The notes beneath the pieces are model-generated. The model was not told the origin of the DNA. It made no database searches and worked only from the letters and a program-made list of their open reading frames with translations. Both the position numbers and the translations under genes were made by a program. A stretch of 49,122 nt of DNA, from contig DATCFN010000349.1 in NCBI GenBank assembly GCA_036509475.1, positions 1 through 49,122 on the forward strand, read 5' to 3'. Position 1 is the stretch's first letter. Every line of letters begins with the position of its first letter. Source of the DNA: Rhizomicrobium sp. Lineage in GTDB: Bacteria; Pseudomonadota; Alphaproteobacteria; Micropepsales; Micropepsaceae. Positions 1-8,992 of the stretch are shown in pieces.

Positions 1-172
1 CGTCGCGCCAGGAAAAGCTGAAATGGTGATCGCACCAGCGCCCGGCCACCGAGAGGTTGAGTTCGTCACGCCCTGCCCGTTCGAAGGGCCAGCCATTGTC
101 CTCCACCGTCCGCTCCAGCATGTCGAGGGGATGCGGCGCCGAAACTGTTTCGTCTTGATGGGCAAGGGACAT
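1..172 (-). CDS. YbjN/DUF1790-family protein, N-terminal part (runs off window)
   Basis: Not in the ORF track. Read by hand: MSLAHQDETVSAPHPLDMLERTVEDNGWPFERAGRDELNLSVAGRWCDHHFSFSWRD, with an AAGGAG RBS upstream. Usual neighbour of ubiK in alphaproteobacteria. Confidence 0.75.
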   Translation of the reverse strand, partial: MSLAHQDETVSAPHPLDMLERTVEDNGWPFERAGRDELNLSVAGRWCDHHFSFSWRD

Positions 173-319
173 TCAACACTCCTTGGGCGCAGCAGACCAA
201 AACGAAGCAGTCATGAATCAAACTGGCACAAGATTTTGTGGCCGCACAAGAGTCTGCCCGCCACTGTCTGTGGGAAGTGGAGTCGGCTCACAGCTTTGGA
301 GATTCGACCTGTGGACGAG

Positions 320-577
320 TCAGGCTTGCGGTTTAGGAATCTTTGACTCGAGTTCGGCGAGCCGGGCGGCCAGCGCCTCGTTTTCCATGCGCGCTTTCGC
401 GGCCATCGCCTTCACCGCTTCAAATTCTTCGCGCGGCACGAAGTCCATGTCGGCAACGAGGCGCTCAAGGCGCTGACGCATGAAGGTGTCGACTTCCCCG
501 CGCACGCTCTGCGCCGCGCCGGCGGCGTCCGTGAAGATTTTGGCGAGGCCATCGAGAAACGGGTTTTCGGTCTGCAT
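320..577 (-). CDS. ubiK: Accessory factor UbiK (BMFP/YqiC) family protein
   Basis: MDFVPREEFEAVKAMAAKARMENEALAARLAELE coiled-coil signature; start trimmed to MQTENP; divergent from lgt. Confidence 0.85.
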   Translation of the reverse strand: MQTENPFLDGLAKIFTDAAGAAQSVRGEVDTFMRQRLERLVADMDFVPREEFEAVKAMAAKARMENEALAARLAELESKIPKPQA

Positions 578-680
578 GACCACTTTATAACGCGAAGGAC
601 GGCGGGCTGGCGAGCCATGAATGACGCGCGGGCGGGTAAGGGTTTTGGCTGGTTTTCCCGCGCGCATTTCGCTATGCGCT

Positions 681-1604
681 ATGGCCATGGCGATCCAATT
701 CCCCGACATAGACCCCGTCCTTCTTCATCTGGGCCCGCTGTCGATCCGCTGGTACGCGCTGGCCTATATTTCCGGCCTGCTGATCGGCTGGTGGCTGATC
801 CTGCGCATGCTCGCCCAAAAGAGCCTGTGGAAAAATCCGCCCTTCAACGGCAAGCGGCCCGCAACCGACGACGACATCGGCGATCTGGTGGTCTGGGTCA
901 CGCTGGGCGTGATCCTCGGCGGGCGCATCGGCTGGGTGCTTCTTTACGGCGTCTTCCTGTGCGGCGTGACGCCGGATGCGGGTGCCGGCTACTGCCAGGG
1001 CCTGCCCATGGCGTTCATCACCAATCCCATCCGCATCATCGCGGTGTGGGAAGGCGGCATGTCGTTCCACGGCGCAGCGATGGGCGTGATCCTCGCGATC
1101 ATCCTGTTCTGCCGCAAACGCAAGCTGCCGCTCTTCACCATCGGCGATCTGATTTGCGCGGTGGAACCCATCGGCGAATTTTTCGGGCGCATGGCCAATT
1201 TCGTGAACGGCGAATTGTGGGGCAAGCCGACGACAGAACCGTGGGGCATGGTGTTCTGCTCACCGCATATCATCGCCGCCAATCACGGCGACTGTCCGGC
1301 CGGACTGACGCCGCGCCATCCCAGCCAGCTTTATGAGGCAGCGCTGGAAGGCATTCTTCTGTTCGTGATCCTGCAAATCGGGATTCGCTATTTCCGCTGG
1401 CAGGACCGGCCCGGCCTGACGAGCGGCGTGTTTCTTGTGGGTTATGCGGTGCTGCGTTTCTTCGTCGAATTCTTCCGGGAGCCGGACGCGCCGTTCTGGG
1501 GTCCGGTGAGCATGGGACAGGCGCTGTCGGCGCTGTTCCTGCTCGGCGGCGGCGTGGTGCTATGGCTCGCTTTCGCGACACCGAAAGCGAAAGCCGCGCC
1601 GTGA
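681..1604 (+). CDS. lgt: Prolipoprotein diacylglyceryl transferase
   Basis: IRWYALAY, GGRIGWVL, WEGGMSFHG, GRMANFVNGELWG, RHPSQLYEA, RFFVEFFREPD motifs. Start at 681 or 687. Confidence 0.97.
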   Translation: MAMAIQFPDIDPVLLHLGPLSIRWYALAYISGLLIGWWLILRMLAQKSLWKNPPFNGKRPATDDDIGDLVVWVTLGVILGGRIGWVLLYGVFLCGVTPDAGAGYCQGLPMAFITNPIRIIAVWEGGMSFHGAAMGVILAIILFCRKRKLPLFTIGDLICAVEPIGEFFGRMANFVNGELWGKPTTEPWGMVFCSPHIIAANHGDCPAGLTPRHPSQLYEAALEGILLFVILQIGIRYFRWQDRPGLTSGVFLVGYAVLRFFVEFFREPDAPFWGPVSMGQALSALFLLGGGVVLWLAFATPKAKAAP

Positions 1605-2686
1605 ACGCGCTCGGCCAGCGCATCGCGCGGCTGATCGAAGCGCAAGGACCGCTGTCGGTCGCGCAGTTCATGACCATCGCGCTGCACGACCCGCAAGGCG
1701 GTTACTACGCCACGCGCGATCCGTTCGGCGCACCGAAAAATGACAAAGGCGGCGATTTCATCACCGCGCCCGAGATCAGCCAGATGTTCGGCGAGTTGCT
1801 GGGACTGTGGATCGTGCAATGCTGGCACGATCAGGGAAAGCCGCTTGCACGACTGGTCGAGTTGGGTCCGGGGCGTGGCACGTTGATGGCCGACGCGTTG
1901 CGTGCTGCGCGGCTGATGCCGGAATTTCTGTCCCGCGTCGAGGTCGTGATGGTCGAGATCAGCCCGGCGTTGACTGCGATTCAGAAAGAGACATTGAAAG
2001 ATTCCGGCGCGGCGATCCGCTGGACCACGCAGATCGAAGACGCGCTGGACGGGCGCGCGATCTTTCTTCTCGCCAATGAATTTTTCGACGCGCTGCCGAT
2101 CCGCCAGTTCGTCAAGACGGAGCGCGGCTGGTGCGAGCGCATGGTGGTCCTGGATGAAAACGGTGCGCTGACATTTGCGCTGTCGCCGGAGCCGAGTGCC
2201 CTCGCCATTGCGCGCAGCGGCGCGCCGCTGGGCGGGTTCTACGAAAGCGCACAGGCCTCGACCGCGCTGGCCGAACAGATCGGAGGCGCCATCGCGCAAA
2301 ATGGCGGCGCGGCGCTCATCGTGGATTATGGATATGGCGCAGAGGCCGGTTTCGGCGAGACGTTGCAGGCCGTCGGCGATCACAAATTCGCTTCCGTGCT
2401 GGAGACACCAGGCGACGTCGATCTTTCGGCTCATGTCGATTTCGCGGCGCTGGCTGAGGCCGCGCAGAGCGGAGGCGCAGTGGCGTGCGGCCCCGTCGGC
2501 CAAGGCGAACTGCTGGAGAAGCTCGGCATCGTCGCGCGCGGCGAAAGACTGATCGAAAGAAATCCCTCCGCGATGCACGACATCACGCGCGCCGTCGAAC
2601 GGCTGATCCTGCCGGGCGGGATGGGCACGCTGTTCAAGGCGCTGGCGATCGTGCCGCCCGGCTCTCCCAAACCGCCGGGATTTTGA
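1601..2686 (+). CDS. SAM-dependent methyltransferase, MidA/NDUFAF7 family
   Basis: GDFITAPEISQMFGE, VELGPGRGTLMAD, ANEFFDALP, VDYGY, DLSAHVDF, MGTLFK; GTG start overlaps the lgt stop. Confidence 0.93.
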   Translation: MNALGQRIARLIEAQGPLSVAQFMTIALHDPQGGYYATRDPFGAPKNDKGGDFITAPEISQMFGELLGLWIVQCWHDQGKPLARLVELGPGRGTLMADALRAARLMPEFLSRVEVVMVEISPALTAIQKETLKDSGAAIRWTTQIEDALDGRAIFLLANEFFDALPIRQFVKTERGWCERMVVLDENGALTFALSPEPSALAIARSGAPLGGFYESAQASTALAEQIGGAIAQNGGAALIVDYGYGAEAGFGETLQAVGDHKFASVLETPGDVDLSAHVDFAALAEAAQSGGAVACGPVGQGELLEKLGIVARGERLIERNPSAMHDITRAVERLILPGGMGTLFKALAIVPPGSPKPPGF

Positions 2687-2687
2687 G

Positions 2688-3479
2688 ATGCTCGTTCTGC
2701 GCGCCACGAACATTGCAACCAGCGCCGTCCGGCACGGCTTCTTCGGCCGGACGGGGGGTATTTCGACCGGCATTTATGACTCGCTGAACTGCGGACCCGG
2801 TTCCGGCGACGCACGCGAAGCGGTGGTCGAGAACCGGCGCCGCGTCGCCGCCGCGCTCGGCCCGGACATCGCCCTCGTCACCGCCGGACAAATCCACGGC
2901 ACCCAAACCATCACCGTCGCGCGCGCGTGGGCCATTGGCGAGACGCCGGCGGACGATCCTACATTCATCCCGCTGGGCGACGCGATGGCGACCGCGACGC
3001 CGGGCATCGCGCTGGGCATCCTCACCGCCGATTGCGCGCCGGTCCTGTTTGCCGACGCCCACACCGGGGTCATCGGCGCGGCGCATGCCGGATGGAAAGG
3101 CGTGCTCGGCGGCGTCATCGAATCGGTGCTGGATGCGATGGAGAAATTGGGCGCGAACCGGTCGCATATCGCTGCCACTATCGGCCCCTGCATCGGCCAG
3201 CGGAACTACGAAGTTGGCGCGGAATTTCGCGACCGTTTCGCCGTAGCCGATTCGGCCAATGCCCGATTCTTCATCGACTCGGACAGAGCAGACCATTTCC
3301 GCTTCGACCTCGAAGCCTATGTTGTCCACAGATTGGGCGCGGCCGGTGTGCCGCAGATTGAAGCGCTTCACGCCTGCACCTATGCGCGCGAAGCCGATTT
3401 CTTCAGTTTCCGGCGCAATACGCATCGCAAACAGCCGAACTACGGACGCCAGATTTCCGCGATTGCGTTGCTGCCTTAA
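2688..3479 (+). CDS. pgeF: Peptidoglycan editing factor PgeF/YfiH (purine nucleoside phosphorylase-like)
   Basis: HGFFGRTGG, QIHG, LTADCAPVL, AAHAGWKG, IGPCI, FFSFRR, YGRQIS. Confidence 0.93.
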   Translation: MLVLRATNIATSAVRHGFFGRTGGISTGIYDSLNCGPGSGDAREAVVENRRRVAAALGPDIALVTAGQIHGTQTITVARAWAIGETPADDPTFIPLGDAMATATPGIALGILTADCAPVLFADAHTGVIGAAHAGWKGVLGGVIESVLDAMEKLGANRSHIAATIGPCIGQRNYEVGAEFRDRFAVADSANARFFIDSDRADHFRFDLEAYVVHRLGAAGVPQIEALHACTYAREADFFSFRRNTHRKQPNYGRQISAIALLP

Positions 3480-3483
3480 AACC

Positions 3484-3583
3484 TGTCATCCCGGCCAGCG
3501 AGCAAAGCGAGCGTGAGCCGGGACCCACCGTGACAATTTCGCTATGGGTCCCGGACAACCGCTGCGCGGCTTCCGGGATGACA
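3484..3583. repeat. REP/RIME-like palindromic intergenic element
   Basis: Terminal 11-bp inverted repeat TGTCATCCCGG...CCGGGATGACA enclosing an inner repeat CCGGGACCCA...TGGGTCCCGG; typical alphaproteobacterial miniature palindromic repeat. Confidence 0.8.
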
Positions 3584-3668
3584 TGGAGAATGTCGCTTGC
3601 TAGAACCCGTTTCACCAATCCTTCACATCGGGGCGCGTTTCATGCGTGAAGAAACCGGAACGCGGCAC

Positions 3669-4601
3669 ATGAAAATCCTGGCGGGCAATTCCAATCGCGC
3701 GCTGTCGGACGCGGTCGCCCAATTCCTGAAACTGCCGATGACCAAGGCGGTGGTGCGGCGCTTCGCCGACATGGAAGTCTTCGTCGAGATTCAGGAAAAC
3801 GTCCGCGGCGAGGACATGTTCGTCATCCAGTCCACCAGTTTCCCTGCCAACGACAATCTGATGGAACTGCTCATCATCATCGATGCGCTGCGGCGCGCAT
3901 CGGCGCGGCGCATCACGGCGGTGCTCCCCTATTTCGGTTATGCGCGGCAGGACCGCAAAGTCGGTCCGCGCACGCCGATCAGCGCCAAGCTGGTCGCCAA
4001 CCTCATCACCCATGCCGGCGCCGACCGCGTGCTGACGGTCGACCTGCATGCCGGTCAAATACAGGGCTTCTTCGATATTCCGACCGACAACCTCTACGCG
4101 ATGCCGGTGATCGTGAAGGACATTCACGAATATCTCGGCAGCACCGACCTGATGGTGGTGTCGCCGGATGTGGGCGGCGTGGTGCGCGCCCGCGCACTGG
4201 CCAAGCGGCTCGGCACCGACCTCGCCATCGTGGACAAGCGCCGCGAGCGCGCCGGCGAGAGCGAAGTCATGAACATCATCGGCGATGTCGAAGGCCGGTC
4301 CTGCATCCTGATCGACGACATCGTGGATTCCGGCGGAACGATCTGCAACGCCGCCGAGGCGCTGCTGAAGAACGGCGCCAAGGATGTCTGCGCCTACACC
4401 ACGCACGGCGTGCTGTCGGGCGGCGCGGTGGCGCGCATCCAGAACTCCAAGCTGAAAAGCATGGTCATCACCGACTCCATCGCGGCGACCGACGAAATCT
4501 CCAAATGCAAGAACATCCGCCGCATTTCCATCGCACCCCTCATCGGCGAAGCGATCAAGCGCATCAGCAATGAAGAGAGCGTGTCGAGCCTGTTCGACTG
4601 A
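3669..4601 (+). CDS. prs: Ribose-phosphate pyrophosphokinase
   Basis: [55 protein letters not shown]. Confidence 0.98.
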   Translation: MKILAGNSNRALSDAVAQFLKLPMTKAVVRRFADMEVFVEIQENVRGEDMFVIQSTSFPANDNLMELLIIIDALRRASARRITAVLPYFGYARQDRKVGPRTPISAKLVANLITHAGADRVLTVDLHAGQIQGFFDIPTDNLYAMPVIVKDIHEYLGSTDLMVVSPDVGGVVRARALAKRLGTDLAIVDKRRERAGESEVMNIIGDVEGRSCILIDDIVDSGGTICNAAEALLKNGAKDVCAYTTHGVLSGGAVARIQNSKLKSMVITDSIAATDEISKCKNIRRISIAPLIGEAIKRISNEESVSSLFD

Positions 4602-4957
4602 TGCCCACGCAGGCCGACGTCCGCAAGATCGCCTTGGCGCTGGATGGCGTGAGCGAGGCCGATCATTTCGGCCGGCCGAGCTATCGCACCACAAAACGTA
4701 TCTTCGCGGTGATGCGGCCGGACGGGCTCTATCTGAACCTGCCGGAGGAGCGCAAAGAGTTCCTGTTTGCCGCCGCGCCCGATGTGTTCGTCAAGCATAT
4801 GTGGGGCAAGACGGCGAACGTGATCGTGCAGATCGCCAGGATTTCCCAGAAAGAACTCGCCGCGCTTATCGGCGAAGCCTGGACGCACAATCAACCGCCG
4901 CCGAAAAAGGCGAAGGCCGTGAAAACCGCAACGCCCAAACCGCGCAAGCGCAAATGA
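4601..4957 (+). CDS. MmcQ/YjbR-family DNA-binding protein
   Basis: VRKIALALDGVSEADHFGRPSYR...RIFA...LIGEAW pattern with a basic tail; start overlaps the prs stop. Confidence 0.8.
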   Translation: MPTQADVRKIALALDGVSEADHFGRPSYRTTKRIFAVMRPDGLYLNLPEERKEFLFAAAPDVFVKHMWGKTANVIVQIARISQKELAALIGEAWTHNQPPPKKAKAVKTATPKPRKRK

Positions 4958-5286
4958 TAGATGGCGCAGACATCCGCAAGCTCGCTCTGGCGCTTCCCGG
5001 CGTGGAGGAGAAGGATCACTTCGGGTCGCCGTCGTTCCGCTTTGGCGGACGCATCTTCATCCAGATCAACGATAAGAAACGCGAAGCGATCTTCAAGTTG
5101 TCGCCACTGCATCAGGAAATCCTGTTCGAGGAACGTCCGGACGCCTTTCGCGCGGAAGTGTGGGGCAACATTCGCTGGACGCGCGTGATGCTGAAACATG
5201 TTTCGCCGGCAGAGATCAGGCCATTGATACAGGAAGCCTACGATCAAGTCGCGGCAGCAAAGGCGAAGAAGAAAGAGAAAAAATAA
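4954..5286 (+). CDS. MmcQ/YjbR-family DNA-binding protein (tandem paralog)
   Basis: MIDGADIRKLALALPGVEEKDHFGSPSFRFGGRIF...LIQEAY; ATGA overlap with the previous gene. Confidence 0.8.
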   Translation: MIDGADIRKLALALPGVEEKDHFGSPSFRFGGRIFIQINDKKREAIFKLSPLHQEILFEERPDAFRAEVWGNIRWTRVMLKHVSPAEIRPLIQEAYDQVAAAKAKKKEKK

Positions 5287-5315
5287 CTCCCCCCCATTTT
5301 ACGGGGAAGGAAAAT

Positions 5316-6167
5316 TTAATGCGCCATCACGAAGTTCGTGACGTCGTCGCGCAAGGTCGTGTTGCCGCGAAAGCCGGGGGCCAGCGACAGCACCAGGCCG
5401 ATATGGCCGACGCCCGGATAGGCTTTCAATTCCACATCACTGCCAAAAGAACGCAGCTTCGCCGCCATGTTGATCGCATTCTTCGGACTCACGGTCGTGT
5501 CGTCGGTGCCGTAGGCCAGAAGCATCGGCGCGCGCTTGCCGTCGATATAGGTGATCGGTTGCGTCGCCTTCACGCGGTCGCCGCCGAATATCTCGATCAG
5601 CTTGGGATCGGTCAGCGGCAGGAAGTCGTACGGTCCTGCCATGCCGATCACGCCGCGAATCCATGACGGGTCGGCGCCGATGTCCTTCAGATAATGCAGA
5701 TCGCTGTCCAGCATCACAACGTTGTAGGCGCCGGCGGAATGGCCGGAGAGAAACAGCCGCTTGGGATCGCCGCCATAGGTGGCGATGTTGTCATGGACGA
5801 ATTTGAAGGCGTGTGCGCTGTCTTCGATGAAGGCGGGGTATTTCACCTGCGGATAAAGCCGGTAATCGGCCACCACCGTCACGATGCCTTTGCTGGCGAA
5901 CGCCTGGCCGAGGAATTTGTAGATGTCCTTCGAGCCGCTATCCCAGCTTCCGCCATAGATGAAGAGAAGAACCGGCGCGGGTCCGTTCATGTGGTCCGGT
6001 ATATAGATGTCGAGCTTCTGGCGCGGGTCGGTTCCATAGGCGATGTCGCGCTTGATCGTGTAGCCATTGGACGGAACCAGCAGCGTGTTGAGCAGCATGG
6101 CCGGCGAACAGGCCGACAAAACCAGCCCCATCAGGGCCGCAAAAAAGACTTTGAGTCGCGTGCGCAT
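5316..6167 (-). CDS. Alpha/beta hydrolase (HSL-like esterase), probable lipoprotein
   Basis: YGGSW oxyanion motif, GHSAG nucleophile, D (GTDDTTV) and H (GVGH); LSAC lipobox after a hydrophobic N-terminus. Confidence 0.9.
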   Translation of the reverse strand: MRTRLKVFFAALMGLVLSACSPAMLLNTLLVPSNGYTIKRDIAYGTDPRQKLDIYIPDHMNGPAPVLLFIYGGSWDSGSKDIYKFLGQAFASKGIVTVVADYRLYPQVKYPAFIEDSAHAFKFVHDNIATYGGDPKRLFLSGHSAGAYNVVMLDSDLHYLKDIGADPSWIRGVIGMAGPYDFLPLTDPKLIEIFGGDRVKATQPITYIDGKRAPMLLAYGTDDTTVSPKNAINMAAKLRSFGSDVELKAYPGVGHIGLVLSLAPGFRGNTTLRDDVTNFVMAH

Positions 6168-6259
6168 GGAATCTCGGGTCCGGACAGGAGGAATACGCGG
6201 CAGGGTCGGCTGCGGTTCACTCTGCCCTGCCACGGCGGCCTGCGCCAGATCGGCGCGGA

Positions 6260-7927
6260 TTAACCCTTAGCGCGCAGGCTCAGGCGCCAGCGCCGCACGA
6301 CTTCCTCCAGCGCATCCGTGTCGAACACCGAGTTGCGCCAGCCTTTGGAGAAACCTTCGTGGCGGATGGTCGGCAAACGGTTGGCGTGGATGTTCTTGAA
6401 GCGCACCCGCATCGGCATCACCACGCCCTCGCCCAGAATGATTGCCTCGCGATCGCCCAGAAGCGGCAGGAAGTCGAGCAGGTCGAGCGCGCCTTCATGC
6501 GTGTTCGCGCGCACCACTTCCTGGTCGCGGTCCGTCGAAAGCCGCATGGCGATCACGGTGCTGCACTGGGACATGATGGTGGCGTCCAGTTCCGACGGGC
6601 GCTGCGTGATCAGCGCCAGCGAGACGCCGTATTTGCGGCCTTCCTTGGCGATGCGCGACAGCGCCTGGCGGGTCGGCATGAACTCTTCGTGGTTGGCGGG
6701 CGCATAGCGATGCGCTTCCTCGCAGACCAGAAGCATCGGCGTGGCGCCTTCGCTCCATACCGCCAGATCGAAGGCCAGCCGCGAAATCAGCGAGATCACG
6801 ACGTCGAGAATTTCGGTCGGCACCGCCGCCAGATTGATGACGGTGACCGGCTTGCCGCCCGTCGGTATGCGGAAAATCTGGCCTAGGATCGAGGTCATCG
6901 TGTCTTCGATCATCAGGCTGCCGAACATGAAGCTGTAGCGCGGGTCGGCGACCAGCGCTTCGACGCGCGCCTTCAGACGGCGATAGGGCGTGGTCTGCTG
7001 TGAGCGTTCCAGCTTGCCCAGATTGTCGTCGATGAAGGCCACGACGTCCGACAGGCGGAACGGCGTCGGCGTATCGACGGTCAGACCGGCCGCCTCGGTC
7101 GTGCGGCGCAGGCGCGATGCCTGCGCTTCGGAATATTTGCGTTTGGCGACCAGCACGCCCTCGCTGAGAATTTCCGTCTCGGCATCGCGCCAGTGATCGG
7201 TGCTGACGAAGGCGGCGGTCAATTCGGCGAAATTCAGCAGCCAGAACGGCAGGCGCAGATTGCTCTGGTCCACCAGCTCTGCCATGTCGCCGAACGCGCC
7301 GGGATATTCGTTGTGAATGTCCAGCATTACGACGCGTGCATGCTCATGCCCGGCGATCGCGGCCTGCAGGATGCAAGTCAGCGTCGAGGATTTTCCGCAG
7401 CCGGTGGTGCCGACGACAATGAAATGCTTGCCCAACAGGTCGTCGATCAAAAGCCGCGCCGGGACACGGCTGTCCTGGAACAGTGTGCCGACGTCGATGG
7501 TCGCTGCATCCGGGCTGGCATAGACCACGCGCAGGTCTTCCCACTGGGCGAGATAACAGGCGTCGCCGACGCTGGGCACGCTTGTTACGCCGCGGCGAAA
7601 GGTGCGCTTGCCGCTTTCGTCCACGACGATCTCGCCGCCCAGATTAAGCTCGACCAGCTCGATATCGGTTGTGTGGGTCTCGCGGTCTTCGGGCATCGGC
7701 GTCGTCACCGCGGAGATCAGGCCCATGACGCTGGAGCGCGGCGTGACGATCTTCATCAGCGCGCCGATCTCGACGCGGCCGTCCGCGCTGTCGCGCGCGC
7801 CCTGATCGATGACCGCGACGGCCTGCGCGCCCGACACCGACACGATGCGGGCCATGCGCGTGGGAAGGTTGATCGCGATCTGATCGGTCCGCTCCGTTGC
7901 CGTCGCTTTCGTCGCTGCGTTGCTCAT
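6260..7927 (-). CDS. HerA/FtsK-like ATPase (DUF87, HerA helicase family)
   Basis: N-terminal barrel-like region, Walker A GTTGCGKS, DIHNEY, LPFWLL, Walker B LLVCEEAH, RIAKEGRKYG, TQRPSEL. Confidence 0.88.
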   Translation of the reverse strand: MSNAATKATATERTDQIAINLPTRMARIVSVSGAQAVAVIDQGARDSADGRVEIGALMKIVTPRSSVMGLISAVTTPMPEDRETHTTDIELVELNLGGEIVVDESGKRTFRRGVTSVPSVGDACYLAQWEDLRVVYASPDAATIDVGTLFQDSRVPARLLIDDLLGKHFIVVGTTGCGKSSTLTCILQAAIAGHEHARVVMLDIHNEYPGAFGDMAELVDQSNLRLPFWLLNFAELTAAFVSTDHWRDAETEILSEGVLVAKRKYSEAQASRLRRTTEAAGLTVDTPTPFRLSDVVAFIDDNLGKLERSQQTTPYRRLKARVEALVADPRYSFMFGSLMIEDTMTSILGQIFRIPTGGKPVTVINLAAVPTEILDVVISLISRLAFDLAVWSEGATPMLLVCEEAHRYAPANHEEFMPTRQALSRIAKEGRKYGVSLALITQRPSELDATIMSQCSTVIAMRLSTDRDQEVVRANTHEGALDLLDFLPLLGDREAIILGEGVVMPMRVRFKNIHANRLPTIRHEGFSKGWRNSVFDTDALEEVVRRWRLSLRAKG

Positions 7928-8805
7928 CAAACTCTCCTGAACAGGAACGATTTGGGTTGCGTGTCGGCGGCACCATCGGGAACGACGCGCGGCAGCGTGA
8001 AAGCCGCCATCGTGCCGACGCCCGGCGTGCTGGAAATGAACAGGCGCCCGCCATGCAGTTCGATCAGCGCCTTGGTGATCGTGAGACCGAGCCCCGCGCC
8101 TTCCTGCTGCCGTGCATATTGCGAATCCACCTGGGAGAAAGGCTTGAGCGCGTGATCGACCTGTTCCGGCGTCATGCCGATGCCGTTGTCGGCGATCGCG
8201 ACCGTCACATCGCGGCTGCTTTCGGTCGTCGCGACAATGACGACGTGTCCGCCTTCGGCGGTGAATTTGTTGGCATTGGACAAAAGATTGGCCAGCACCT
8301 GGCGCACGCGCTTGTAGTCAAGCTCGACCAGCGGCAGGTCCGGCGCGATTTTCACTTCCAGCGTCTGTTTTTTGGAAGCGATGCGTCCCTGCATGGCTTC
8401 GGCGGCATCATAGACAAGATCGCCGATACTGGCCGGCGAACGCTCCAGCCGGAACGCGCCGCTCTCGATGCGCGAAATGTCCAGAACGTCGGAAACGACG
8501 CCCAGCAGATTGTGCCCGGCGCGCGAGATATGTTCGGCATATTCGGCGGACTGTTGCGGCGCGATCGAAACCTTGTCGGCCTGTTTCAGCAGATCGGAGA
8601 ATCCGATGATGGCGTTGAGCGGCGTGCGCAACTCGTGGCTCATGGTGGCGAGAAAGGCCGACTTGGCGCGGGAGGCGAGCGCGGATTCGATGGCGGCGGC
8701 GCGCAATGCCATTTCCGCCCGCTGGCGTGTGATCAGCCGGCCCAGGTCGGCGGAGTACCGGCCCAGCAACGATTTCTTCCTGCGCGTGATAACATCCGGT
8801 CGCAC
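7927..8805 (-). CDS. Histidine kinase (HisKA+HATPase), PleC/DivJ-like, no recognisable sensor domain
   Basis: KSAFLATMSHELRTPLNAIIGFS H-box, NLLSNANKFT N-box, DNGIGM, PFSQVD, GAGLGL; only about 50 aa precede the H-box. Confidence 0.92.
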   Translation of the reverse strand: MRPDVITRRKKSLLGRYSADLGRLITRQRAEMALRAAAIESALASRAKSAFLATMSHELRTPLNAIIGFSDLLKQADKVSIAPQQSAEYAEHISRAGHNLLGVVSDVLDISRIESGAFRLERSPASIGDLVYDAAEAMQGRIASKKQTLEVKIAPDLPLVELDYKRVRQVLANLLSNANKFTAEGGHVVIVATTESSRDVTVAIADNGIGMTPEQVDHALKPFSQVDSQYARQQEGAGLGLTITKALIELHGGRLFISSTPGVGTMAAFTLPRVVPDGAADTQPKSFLFRRV

Positions 8806-8851
8806 CCGGCACGTCCCTCTATTCCAACGTGCAAGAATAGAAGCGGTACCC

Positions 8852-8867
8852 TAAACAGCGGTTTAAC
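8852..8867. promoter_or_regulatory. Putative CtrA binding site
   Basis: TAAA-CAGCGGT-TTAAC, one mismatch to TTAA-N7-TTAAC, about 47 bp upstream of the kinase start. Confidence 0.5.
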
Positions 8868-8992
8868 CGTCTCCGCGGGCCGCGGCCTTACCGGTTGCCT
8901 TGCGCGGGGCCTTCCGCTAAAAGCCAGCGCTTTCCGGCCCTTCGCGGCTGCCGGAGACAAAATTTCTTACGTGAAATCAAGGATTTACGAGA

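Noticed and set aside
224-240. TGGCAC-containing sigma54-like site
   Set aside because: Lacks the GC at -12 at the required spacing and points away from the nearby minus-strand gene.
5287-5315. C-run/G-run hairpin between convergent genes as a terminator
   Set aside because: The stem is short and imperfect; plausible but not supportable.
6260-7927. HerA as part of a known anti-phage system (Sir2-HerA, nuclease-HerA)
   Set aside because: No effector gene is adjacent, codon usage looks native, and the context is not a defence island.
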